Origin: Octopus bimaculoides
Lineage: Eukaryota
Reading direction: 5' to 3'
Length of the DNA stretch: 64,000 nt
Assembly (NCBI RefSeq): GCF_001194135.2
Contig: NC_068993.1
Coordinates: forward strand, 46,667,743-46,731,742
Shown: piece after piece, positions 39,050 through 51,526 of the stretch
Numbering within the stretch: the first letter of the stretch is position 1
How the letters are laid out: the number at the start of each line of letters is the position of its first letter
The notes under the pieces: model-generated
The model's database searches: none
Told to the model about the DNA's origin: nothing
What the model saw: only the letters and a program-made list of their open reading frames with translations
Program-made: the position numbers and the translations under genes

Positions 39050-41028
39050 CATAAGAGCTTGTAATTGATATGATGTGGTTCTTTTCAGGACTTAATTCAC
39101 CATTTAAAAAAATTGTTTCATTTGCTCTTTCTGTATTTTGTCTTTTCACTTTACAGGGTCATGTGTACAGTTGCAAAGAGAATTTCCATAATGGCCGTGG
39201 TTGGTTGGCATATGCTGGGGTAAGTTAACTCTTTTTCTTAGAAAATACTTTTAAAATATACCATCAGTGTTTCAATCAAGTTTTTAAAATGAACAATTTA
39301 GTAAGAAATTTAGTAAAATAACTGACTTTTCCATTATTAAGCAGACATACAGCTCATAACTGAATGGAAGGTCGTTTACATTATGATAGAGGGCTTTTCA
39401 TTTAGATCAAAAATACTTTGAAACAAGAGCTTTTGTATTGTGTGATCAGAGGTTGCACAATACTTTATCAGAAGGATTATCTCCATCTCTTTCACAGTTA
39501 TCTGATTTTGGATGTCTTCTGAAAGTGTATGTCTTTCAAGATTTCACCTTAATTTTTTTTCATCATAATGTTTGTTTCCTTTGTGTGAATCATTGTTTCA
39601 CATCTATTTTTTTGGCATACACACTCATCATCATCATCATCGTTTAACGTCCGCTTTCCATGTTAGCATGGGTTGGACGATTTGACTGAGGACTAGGTGG
39701 CTGCACCACGCTCCAATCTGATCTGGCAGAGTTTCTACAGCTGGATGCCCTTCCTAACGCCAACCACTCCGAGAGTGTAGTGAGTGCTTTTACATGCCAC
39801 CGACACTGTAAAATAAAAAAAAAATCTGTTTTAAACTATTCCTTGGAATAATATTACCCATTACCACATGCATGCACACTCCTTGTGTAAAGTAGTAATG
39901 AGCAATAAAAATAAATCACTTAACCAAACAAAGCCAAAAACAGCAATAAAAAACAAATGAGAAGAGTGAGGAGTAATTTGAAGGTTTACAGTAATTTTTT
40001 CTCAACAACTTGACCAACGAGCATCACCTATCAGCTTGACCAATGTATTATTTCATCCTAACATCTTCTCTGCTCAGTACTCTTAAGGAGGTTGTTACTG
40101 TAAAGTCCTCAGGCATCAGAAGCAACCAGTATTACTCTTTCTGGTTGGCTTCCCAAGTGTGACTGATTGAGATTTGTATATTATCCAATAAATATTGCAG
40201 TTGCTTTGTGACCAGTATCTGTTGTAGCTTCGTTGCCAGTGAGTGCATAAGCCCCACTGAGAGCAAGCTGGCTAGTAAATAGAGATAATTGTGTTGAAAT
40301 GGATTTTGTTGGGCCTTGAAAGGGTCATTATCACAATATTAAGCATATGTACTATTTCTGTTTCATTTCTATTATTGTTAGTAAAATTAACATTTAATCA
40401 ATCAGTTAACTAATTAATTGTTTGATTAATCAATCATCAGTTAGTTTTGTTGACAGTTTCTTGATGAGCTTGTGAATTGTGATTAAAGACCTAGTTGATT
40501 GATTGATTGACTGACTGAATGATTAATCTAACAATTGATTAGCTATTTGGTTAAACATTAACAAATTGACTAATAATAACCATAGAAATGAAATAGTATC
40601 ACTGCATGTGTTTATTATAGACATAATGGCCATCCCAAGATACAAAATAAATTAAGTACCAGAGAGGGTAAATATGAAGGCAATTGCTCCAGCATGGCTG
40701 CTGTCCAATGACTAAAACCAGTAAAGAAAATAAAGGAATAAAAATAAAAGTCTTTGTGAAATATTCTAGTGTTTGTGTTTGATTTGGAAAAAAAAATGTC
40801 CTGTACAGTATAAACTTATTTTTTTCTTCTTTTTACAGGAATATTTATTTTTCCACCCTTGCAATGAAAACAAGAGAATCTTGTACATAGTAAATCCTTT
40901 TTCTCTTGAAATCGAAGGCCGTGTACAGTTACAAGGTTAGTGACACACTTGAAGTACCATGCATTTTATTTTTGTCCTTGACAACTTCCATGGATAGTTA
41001 TATACACATACCTCCCCGCCATATACAC

Positions 41029-41074
<46 letters not shown>

Positions 41075-42216
41075 CATAGTTCAGTGGTTAGTGTCGGGCT
41101 CACAATGATGAGATAATGAGTTCGATTCCCGGACTGGGCTGTGTTGTGTTCTTGAGTAAGACACTTTCTTTCCTGTTGCTCCAGTTCCCTCAGCTGTAGA
41201 AATGAGTTGTAATGTCACTGGTGCCAAGCTGTATCAGCCTTTGCCTTTCCGTTGGATGACATTGGTGGTATGGAGAGGGGAGGCTGGTATGCATGGGCGA
41301 CTGCTGTTGTTCCATAAACAACCTTGCCCAGACTTGTGCCTTGGAGAGGAACTTTCTTGGTGCAATCCCATGGTCATTCATGACCGAAGGGGGTCCTTAC
41401 CCTTTACATACACATCTAAACACACCCACACACACACACACATGATTTGACTTCTCTTTTCCTCAATTAAAATTATTGTTATTCAGTCTGTGAAGGTTAT
41501 ATCTATTTGGTTATACATGCCTTGGATTGGCAAAGGGATCCTTTAAAAATTGGGGTATGAGTGATCAGGTTATAAATGTATGTGTAAAGATATTGATACT
41601 GAAAAAGTTATTATTAACACAATAATAAATATAACCGGTATAGCGTGTGTGCAGGCAGGCGTTGTTATAAGGTTAGAAGTTTGCTTTGCAACCATGTGGT
41701 TTTGAGTTCAGTCTCACTATTCCACACCTTGGTTCAAGTATTTTCTACTATTGTTTTTGTATCTACCAATGCCTTGAGAGTGAAATAAAATTAGATATTA
41801 GTAAAAAAGAAAATGGTAAAATGATTAGATTAATTCGTTTAATATTGTTGAGATGAGAAATTATTTGTGATGCTTTTTTTTGCTTGTTTTTAAGCATTTC
41901 TCCTGAATATCTTTTCAGATGTTTCTCTAGGATCATCAGTCCTTTTTAGTGATGGTCAGAATATTGGACAAATAGCTGCTACAAAAGATGTAAATATTCT
42001 TTTATTTTTGTTCTTTGTTCTTCTTTAATTTCACAAGTGTGGTTGGTATACATGTGAGCACTGAAGTGAGAATGTAAAGTTTGCTTTGTAACCATATGGT
42101 TTCTGGTTCAGTCTGTCTCCATTGCACTTTTGGCCTGTGTCTTTTTACTATAGCTTTAGTTTGATCAATGCCTTGTACTTGAATTTGGAAAATGGAAACT
42201 GTAGGAAGCTTGTATA

Positions 42217-42315
<99 letters not shown>

Positions 42316-45300
42316 ATATATTATGGATGTTTGTTTGTGCGTGTGTTTGTAAATGCACATGAATATTGACATCCCATGGCTATGCTCAAGTAAAATGCTG
42401 AATGATGTTTACATTCTTTGAAGGTGTGTGTAATATACATAAACCCTTGCTGGAAAAACAGGTGAGGTTTGGTGACAGAAAGAGTATCCTCTTTTAAAAT
42501 CTTGTGCCAAATATGTCCGTGTCCAAGCCATGCTAGCATGGAAAAACTGACTTTAAATGAACAAATGACTGACACATATTTACATCTATTATATTCTGTC
42601 AGGATAGTTTTGTTGTCCGAACCTATGACCCGAACAAATCTCCCATGACATTGGTCAGCGAGGTTCCTCTCAAGCTGGCCAGAAAATGTATGGATGCATT
42701 TGGGATGTCAAGCTTTGACTCAGACTCTCATCGGCACTCAATAAGTAAGTAATCTGTTTCTTTATTTTCTTTCTGTTTTTTTTTTCTTTGTTTTCTTTTT
42801 TGTCTACGTCACATGGAGGCTGCTATGTATTTATTGTGTGACTTGTCAGAAATAGGATCTAAATATTTTATTGTGCCCTATTGTCTTAAGAATACAAACA
42901 AATAAACGGAAGGACATTTTGTATGAGGTAGTTTCTAATGTGAAAAACGACCAGGTAGGTATGGCTGGAATGCTTTTGGTTGTAGCTCTGATATATGGCC
43001 AAGCAATCACAAATGCTTGAGAAACATTGCCTGTACCAAAGTACCACCTGCTCTGTCCCCATGCTGCTCTGTCCCCATGCTGCTGCTGTCTCCCATAGTA
43101 ATCTGTCTCTAAGCAATTTTTTCCCATGCTATTCTGTTCATGAGCTTCTTATTTTCCGTCCTATTCTCTCTCTCTCTCTCTCGCTCTCTTTCTCTGGCAC
43201 CCCCTCTCTCTCCATGGTAACCTGTCTCCATAGTACTTTGTCTCCATTCTGTTTCATTTTCATGCTACTCTTTTCATATATGAAAACAACTCTAAGAACA
43301 ACATAACTTTATCGAATGTCTCATTGCCAATTTTTTTTTTCTCTCCCAATTGTCCAGATACTGGTTTTGATGAAGAAGCGGTAACGATATCAGCTGGTAA
43401 AGAATTTGCACTGATCCGAACAGTCAGTGGTAAGGTAAGTTGGACTGGTTTAACCCTTTAACTGCAAAATTAAACATCATGATCATTTCAATAATGATGT
43501 TAAAATATCTACCAGAAAATAGAATTGATATTTTTTGCAAGTCATGTTGTGTCAATAAACTTGTCATAGGTAAAAAAAAAAAAAAACCCTTTTGGTCATG
43601 AATAGTCATGGGATACACCTAGAAAATTTCCCTTCTGAGGCCCAAGTCTGGGCAACATTGTTTATGGAAGACTAGCAGTTGCCCATGTGCCACCAATATT
43701 ATCCAAGGGAAGGGCAAAGGCCAATATAGCTTGGCACCAGTGATGTAACTCATTTTTACAGCTGAGTGAACTGGAGCAACATGAAATAAAGTGTCTTGCT
43801 CAAGGACACAACACACACACACACACCCGCCTGGGAATCGAACTCACTGCATCATGATTGTGAGCCCAACACTCTAGCTACTGAGCCATGCTGTCTCGAC
43901 AAAAAATAGTTTCAAGTATGACATTTCTCAACAAAGGATAGATAGATATATAAAATTGCTTTCTGCAGTTAAGGGTAATGAAATTTTGAGTGAATCTATT
44001 TGTAGCAGGAAGTGTATTGTCGGCTATGTGTTGTAGGTTGATGTTGACTGTTCTGTTCAAGAACAAAACCTCTTTGGTTAGTGAGTAAGGCAGTTGATGT
44101 TTTCCCACTTCTAGACTCCCTCTCTGGACCTCCATGCCAAGTACCAAGTGATCTGCTGTGGCTGTCCCTCAGTAGCAGCTCATTTGCTAGTTGATGCCCA
44201 ACCACCATCTAATGGTACAGGTCTTCCACTTGGCTGTAACCACCTTCCAGCCATTGGTCTAGAATTCCTCTGCCTTGTTGTTTATCCAATGCCTTGCTGT
44301 TGACATCTTCACTGTATCCCTGGCATGGGAGGCTAAGAAGTTGCTAGCCCTTGCTCAAGGTGTCACCTCAATCTACAGATGGAAGAGGCAACTTACTCTC
44401 CCTTTTTTGGCTTGCTACTGATGTGGGTGTGAAATGTGAGAAGAGTCCATGGGGCGTGAAATGTGAGTGAGTAGAGTTCATAGAGTAAGGTTGTTGATGT
44501 AACAATGCAGGTTGAACACAAGGGATAAGCGTACCTGGTAACATGTAAATCAGTTAAAGGGGTACACGTATGCATACCCATACATGTATGGGTATATACA
44601 TACCCATACATGAATATGGGGCTGAGACATGGCGAACAACAGTTAAGTCAAATAAGCAAATCCAATCATTCATCAACAGGTGCTTGCGTAGTATACTTAA
44701 AATCAGATGGCCCGAACACATAAGCAATATGGAGCTATGGCAAAGAATGAATCAAGTTTCGATTAGGGAGCAAATATTTAAGAAAAAGTGGAAGTGGATT
44801 GGTAGCACAATTAGAAAAGACACACCAAATGCAGCGAAAAGTGCTTTACAGTGGAATCCGGATGGATATAGAAAGAGGGGCAGGCCTAAGAACTCGTGAC
44901 GTAGATCAACACAAAAGGAACTAGAGAAAGGGGGGACATTCATGGCAGAGTATAAGTACAGAAGCGAGAAATTATGCGACATAGAATTCAATTATTAGTG
45001 ACCTTTACTCCGCGTTGGAGGGTTAAAGGCATGAAAGAAGAACATATAGTGTTCATATAAAATAAAACTGAATAGATAGTTAGTTGTACTTTCACATATT
45101 GTTTCATGAAAATCTCTTTCCACTCTTAAACTGGCAAGTTTTTTTTTGTATCTTTTGTTTCTTCTTTGACCAGGTCTTGTACACTGGCAAATCACAGTCA
45201 CTAGGTATCAAGCAAGGTGGGCCCGTGGCAGGGAAATGGGCTGAGTTATCCATTACAAAATCTCCAAAAATTGTCCAAGTTGCTACAGGTCATGACAGTC

Positions 45301-46054
45301 AGCATGCCTTGCTCATAGCTGATGATGGGAGTGTCTTCTTTGTGGGGACACCCCGACGAGGTGAAGATGGCGACAGTAGTATTGGTAAGTTGGATTTTAA
45401 AGTTTCTTTCTCTACACTCCCCTTCATCTTTGTCTATCTCTGCCCTGCCCCTCCGCCCATCTTTCTCCTTGACACGCCAACAGCTTAACAACACTGCCAT
45501 GTCTGTATTTATGGCAGTCGACTAAAACTGATAAGGAAAATAAATATTAAAAACATGGAAAAAGCAACATAAAAAAAATGATATATGAAATTAGATATTG
45601 AGAGAAAAAAGTTATGGAAACAATAAAAAGAAAATCAGAAATGAAAAATATATGGAAACAAGATGAACATGAAATCTGCAGAATGAAGATGGAGATAGGT
45701 AGAAAGAGGGAAGAGATGGGATAATGAAACCAGGGAAGAAATGGGACATAGAAAAGAGATGATAGGGGATAACTGGGAAGTGAAAGGCAGGTGGGGGGAG
45801 AGAAGACAACCAGAGGAAAGAGAGTATCCATCCTTTTCTCTCTCTCTCTTACCCATCCCACACTCTCCTTTCACCTCCCTCTCTTATGATCCATCTATCT
45901 TTCTTCCACTAGTCTCTCTCCTCCAGTTGTCTCCCCCCCACCTGCCTTTCACTTCCCAGCTCTCCCTTTCTCTTACCTCTGCCCTGTCTCTTGCCTGGTT
46001 TCATTAGCTCTTCTCTTCCTTCTTTCCACATATTGTTTGTATGTGTGCATGCGC

Positions 46055-46095
<41 letters not shown>

Positions 46096-47296
46096 CACAC
46101 ACACACACAGTAACTGCAGTATAACTAGCCTAAATTTTGCTCATATATATACATATATATTCTTTACATAAAAATCACTGGGTTGACATTTGTTGACATT
46201 TCCAACTTAATCATCCAGTAGGTAAGTAGACTGAAAACGACTTCAATTGTAAAACAGCTAAGGCTTAGCTAGAAGTAGTGCATTTGGCTGTAAAAACAAT
46301 GTCATTAATATGTATTCATCTAACCCATGGTAGCATGGAAAAACGGACGTAAAACAAATAACGTAATGGAATGAATACTTTTTTTTTTTTTTGTGTAAAT
46401 TTTCCCTCATCTGTTTCCCCTCCATCTGTTCGCCCATTGAGCTGTTTCCCCATCCATCTCTTTGCTTGTTTATCGGTTTCTCCATCCATGTTTGCCCATG
46501 TATCTGTTTCTCAAACCTGTTCTCTTTCATTCCAGCCAAAGTTCGTCGACAACCAAAAGCAATGAAGCCCAAGAAACTAATCCGAATGGAGAGTAAGAAT
46601 GTGATATTTGGTGCCTGTAACAATGGCAGCAGTGCAATGGTAACAAAAGAAGGGGAGGTATTCATGTATGGAAAAGACACAACGCATTGTGATCATGCTA
46701 GTGGTCAGTAACTGTTGCTGTTTTGATGTGCTATTAATTCAGAAATTTTGTCTGTTTCACTTCATAAAAATGGTGCTGCTAACCAGTGTGTGTGTTTGTA
46801 TATATGTGTGTGTGTGTGTATATATATNNNNNNNNNNNNNNNNNNNNNNNNNNNNNNNNNNNNNNNNNNNNNNNNNNNNNNNNNNNNNNNNNNNNNNNNN
46901 NNNNNNNNNNNNNNNNNNNNNNNNNNNNNNNNNNNNNNNNAAACCATATGGTTCCGGGTTCAGTCCCACCGCATGGCACCTTGGGCAGGTGTCTTCCACT
47001 ATAGCCTCGGGCCGACCAAAGCCTTGTGAGTGGATTTGGTAGACGGAAACTGAAAGAAGCCCGTCGTATATATGTATATGTATGTGTGTATATGTTTGCG
47101 TATCTGTGTCTGTGTTTGTCCCCCCCAACATCGCTTGACAACCAATGGTGGTGTGTTTACGTCCCTGTAACTTAGCGGTTCGGCAAAAGAATAAGTACTA
47201 GGCTTACAAAGAATAAGTTCTGGGGTCGATTTGCTCGACTAAAGGTGGTGCTCCAGCATGGCCACAGTCAAATGACTGAAAAGAGTAAAGAGTGTA

Positions 47297-47334
<38 letters not shown>

Positions 47335-49624
47335 ATTTTCATTTAACATCCATTTTCCATGCTGTCATGGGTTGGATAGTTTGACAGGAGCTTGCTAGGC
47401 AGAAGTCTGCATCAGGCTTCACTGTTTTGGTAGGGTATTTACAGCTGGATGCTCTTCCTAACACCAGCCATATATCATTATCATCGTCATTTAATGTATA
47501 TTTCCAACACCATCTATTTCACTCAGTCTCTATCTTGATCTTTCTTTCTTTCTTTTCTTTTCTTTTCTTATCCTACTGGGTTAGCCAAGTATCTCCTTTT
47601 ATAGTAAGATACCTATCGCTATCCTTGTATCATATTTTAACCTCTCAACTGGCACAAAGCCACCTTCCTTAATAACACTCTCTCTTGTAACTGAGGCTGT
47701 CTTTGTCTTGCAAGGTACTTGACAACCCTGCTATTGTTCGTGCCATGTAAAAAAGCACCCAGTTCACTCTGTAAAGCGCCTCCACTCACAACCTTATGAT
47801 CATGAGCTGAATGCCCTAACCACTAAGCCACACACATTCAAAATGCTGCCTTTATATGAATAGAGAAAACTGTAGTAGTAGTGATAGAATGGTTTCTTTT
47901 AGAACTGACCTGAAGTTTAGAACTTCTGGGGAGTACTTGGCTATAAAGACTCAAGCATAGTCAACTTTGGTAGGGCAATTTGTATTCCATCTGGAAAATG
48001 GTTTCATATTTAAAACACTGCCATGTTGCTACTATTGTTACTTTTGTTACCACATTTCTGTTCAAATACACTGATTTTGTTTCAGTCAGAAGAATATAGT
48101 GAAATAACTTCTTCATTGTTAAGCTAGCATTTGGAACATAAATTGGCAAGAAATTTTGATGAAAGGTTCTGATTTAGGTTACTTTAAAACTGGGAATTGG
48201 AATTGTAGGACTATAGGCATCTTAGGCTGGTTGGTATCTAAAGGGTTAACCCTTTCATATCTGGCCAAAATATTTTATCTATTTTATGTTCAAACTGGCC
48301 ATATACAGCTTTTGCAACTACAAGTTCCTTCTAAAAATAAACAATCATATCATTGAAATCTCTAAGCTATAAGGTAATGCATGGTTAGCTAAAAACCAAG
48401 AAACAATGGGAATAAATAAGCATTACATTTGATAGAATAATCTGAATGCTGAAAGGTTAAGCCATCCTCAATCATTTGTGCCAGTTCCAAAAGGTACTTG
48501 ATCTCTATGATGCATTTAAAATATTTTTTATTTTGCAGGCCATGTGACTGACTTGAAAGACGTTGTTGTTACTCAGGTGTCATTAGGAAAAGCACACACT
48601 GTGGTACTGACCAGTAAAGGACTTGTATATACATTTGGAATAAACAACAAGGGTCAATGTGGCAGGGAATATTCACCAGGAACCACCAAAGAAGGTCAGT
48701 TGACAGTTTATTGATTGACAAAAGCAGTGGGACAAACCTCATTATAGAGTCTACCCCAAGTGTTATAATAATAGTAATAATATTATTATATTTCGGGATG
48801 GTCGTTTGTTTTCAATTTTTAGCCAAATGAACACGTGCACTATATATTTGGTCTTCACTTGTTTATTCTTATTTTATGTCCATTGTCTGGAAATCTTTCA
48901 TCACACATCTTATGACCTCTTCAGTGACTCTCCATCCTATATGTCCCCTCCTATCCAGAATGGACTAAACAGAACATGAGGAGACACATGAGATTGAGTG
49001 TTGCTGAAGAGGTCACAAGTGTGTCACAAAAGATTTTCAGACAATGAATATAAAATTAGAACGATATTGCCTATAGATAAAGAAGTGATGGTGGAGTAGA
49101 AACTGTCATGAAACTTGTGGAAACATGTTAATGAGGATGTTGTTGATGATGATGATTTCTACCCTTAACTTCATTCCATCTCAATCTCATGTTAGTCTGG
49201 ATGTAGGTGCTAACTTTGATGGGAGGGTGGAGGGTGGGGGAGTGGGTTGGGATGGATGTACATGTAATCGAGACATTAATTTCTTGTTGATTGATTTTTA
49301 CCTGTTTTTGTTTTTAGGGAGTTCCAATGTCAATATGGCTGAAGAAGAGGAGGAGGGGGAACATGAAGATGTGATCTGTCCACCAGGTATCTATTACCAC
49401 CCGTTCCATTCTCTATGGAACCCTCATTTGTCTACATATGGTTATTATTGTATTTTTTGTGACTGATAAGGAGTATGCTTTCCAACCACATGGTTCTGGG
49501 TTCAGTCTTGTTGCATGGCACCTTGGGCAAGTGTCTTCTACTATAAACTTGGGTTGACCAAAGCCTTGTGAGCAGATTTGGTTGACAGAAACTAAATGAA
49601 GCCCATTGTATATGTGTGTGTGTG

Positions 49625-49665
<41 letters not shown>

Positions 49666-51472
49666 CCAGAGAAATTGGATCACTGCACTTTGTTCTTCTT
49701 TGGTGTACATTGGTAGTGGAGCAGCCATGCTTACACTTTAAAGCCAGAATGAAAAATGGTGCAGTCAGGCTCAAACTTCGAGCATATGACTATAAATGTA
49801 CCAACTATGAGCATGTATGTGCAGAAGGCAGCTTGACAATAATAAAGATATGGATGGCGAAAGTGCAGATAATTTTTGGCTTCACNNNNNNNNNNNNNNN
49901 NNNNNNNNNNNNNNNNNNNNNNNNNNNNNNNNNNNNNNNNNNNNNNNNNNNNNNNNNNNNNNNNNNNNNNNNNNNNNNNNNNNNNNNNNNNNNNNNNNNN
50001 NNNNNNNNNNNNNNNNNNNNNNNNNNNNNNNNNNNNNNNNNNNNNNNNNNNNNNNNNNNNNNNNNNNNNNNNNNNNNNNNNNNNNNNNNNNNNNNNNNNN
50101 NNNNNNNNNNNNNNNNNNNNNNNNNNNNNNNNNNNNNNNNNNNNNNNNNNNNNNNNNNNNNNNNNNNNNNNNNNNNNNNNNNNNNNNNNNNNNNNNNNNN
50201 NNNNNNNNNNNNNNNNNNNNNNATATATATATATATATATGAGTGTGATGATGCATATGTAGTGCAATGATACATATGCAGTGCATTACCTTCTTTAGAT
50301 CTGCTAAATAGATATTGGGCTATGACTCAATGTATATATTTTCATAATGATTTATGTTATTTTGTATTGTAGGGTTACTGTAATTTCTAGTGATAGTCTT
50401 GTATGTTTCTTCCTATTTTTTTCTTAAATCACTAGGTTCTGATTTTAAAGTGTTTTACTATACTGCTATCTTTAGCAGGTTAATTGACTACATTGCAGCT
50501 GTTTTGTTGACTTATCTATATTAAATGTTGTTATATTTAGGGATGGTCATCTTTTGCTAGAGCTTTTATGTCACAAGACTGTCTGTCCCATCTGTCTCCT
50601 CTTGTCCTGCCTATCCTATTTTGTCTTTATGTAGTTTGTATAGGAGATACATACCACACAAAGACAAAATGCAATGGACAGGACAAGAGGAGACACATGG
50701 GATAGGAAGTTGCCAAGGTGGTCACAGAATGTGTGACAAAGAACTCTGACAAATGAATTAATAATAATAATAATAATGATAATAATAATAATAATAATAA
50801 TAATTTCTTTATTGGCCACAAAGGCTGAACACAAAACAAATAGGGATGATATAATACAAGGGACAAGTGGGGTGTTGAACAAAGCTGTGTATACAATAAG
50901 TTACAAAAATAATTAAGAAAACAATTAATAATAATAGTTCCCTAAAAGGGCAAAGTTCCTCACAGACACAACCGAGGGACCCCACACTTTGTTACCCTGA
51001 TTACCAGATGCCCTCAGCAGGCGCCTCTCTCCTTTTCAACTCCTCCGGTTTACAAACGAAAGTTCAGAGTAGGCCCATTCACATGGGCCATCTTCGCCAC
51101 TTGCACCCACCTTTCAACAAATTTGCTGAGGTGCAGAGCTTCCCTCTCTACTCTCACTTTCCTTTTCAAGTAGAACTTGAAAAAGTCGACGAGAGCTTGA
51201 TCGAAGAGGTATCTGTCTTCAGTGCTTTCAGTCTCATCCACCACACTTCCTCCTTTGCCATAGCCACCAGACAGAGGAAAACTACCTGACCTTTCGGGCC
51301 AAAAGAAGGCAGTAGGCAATCTTCACGATGAACTCATTTTATAACTAGATCTGTCCTACATGTGACAACAGCTGTTTGACAAAGCTCCACATGTCAGTAA
51401 TAATAATAATGATAATAATAGCCAGATGTTAGAAATTTTTCTTTCCCAACAATTTAATCTGTTGTATGTATG

Positions 51473-51526
<54 letters not shown>

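Noticed and set aside
49387-49395. U12-type intron donor (GTATCT)
   Set aside because: It reads GTATCTATT, not GTATCCTT, and no U12 branch point was seen.
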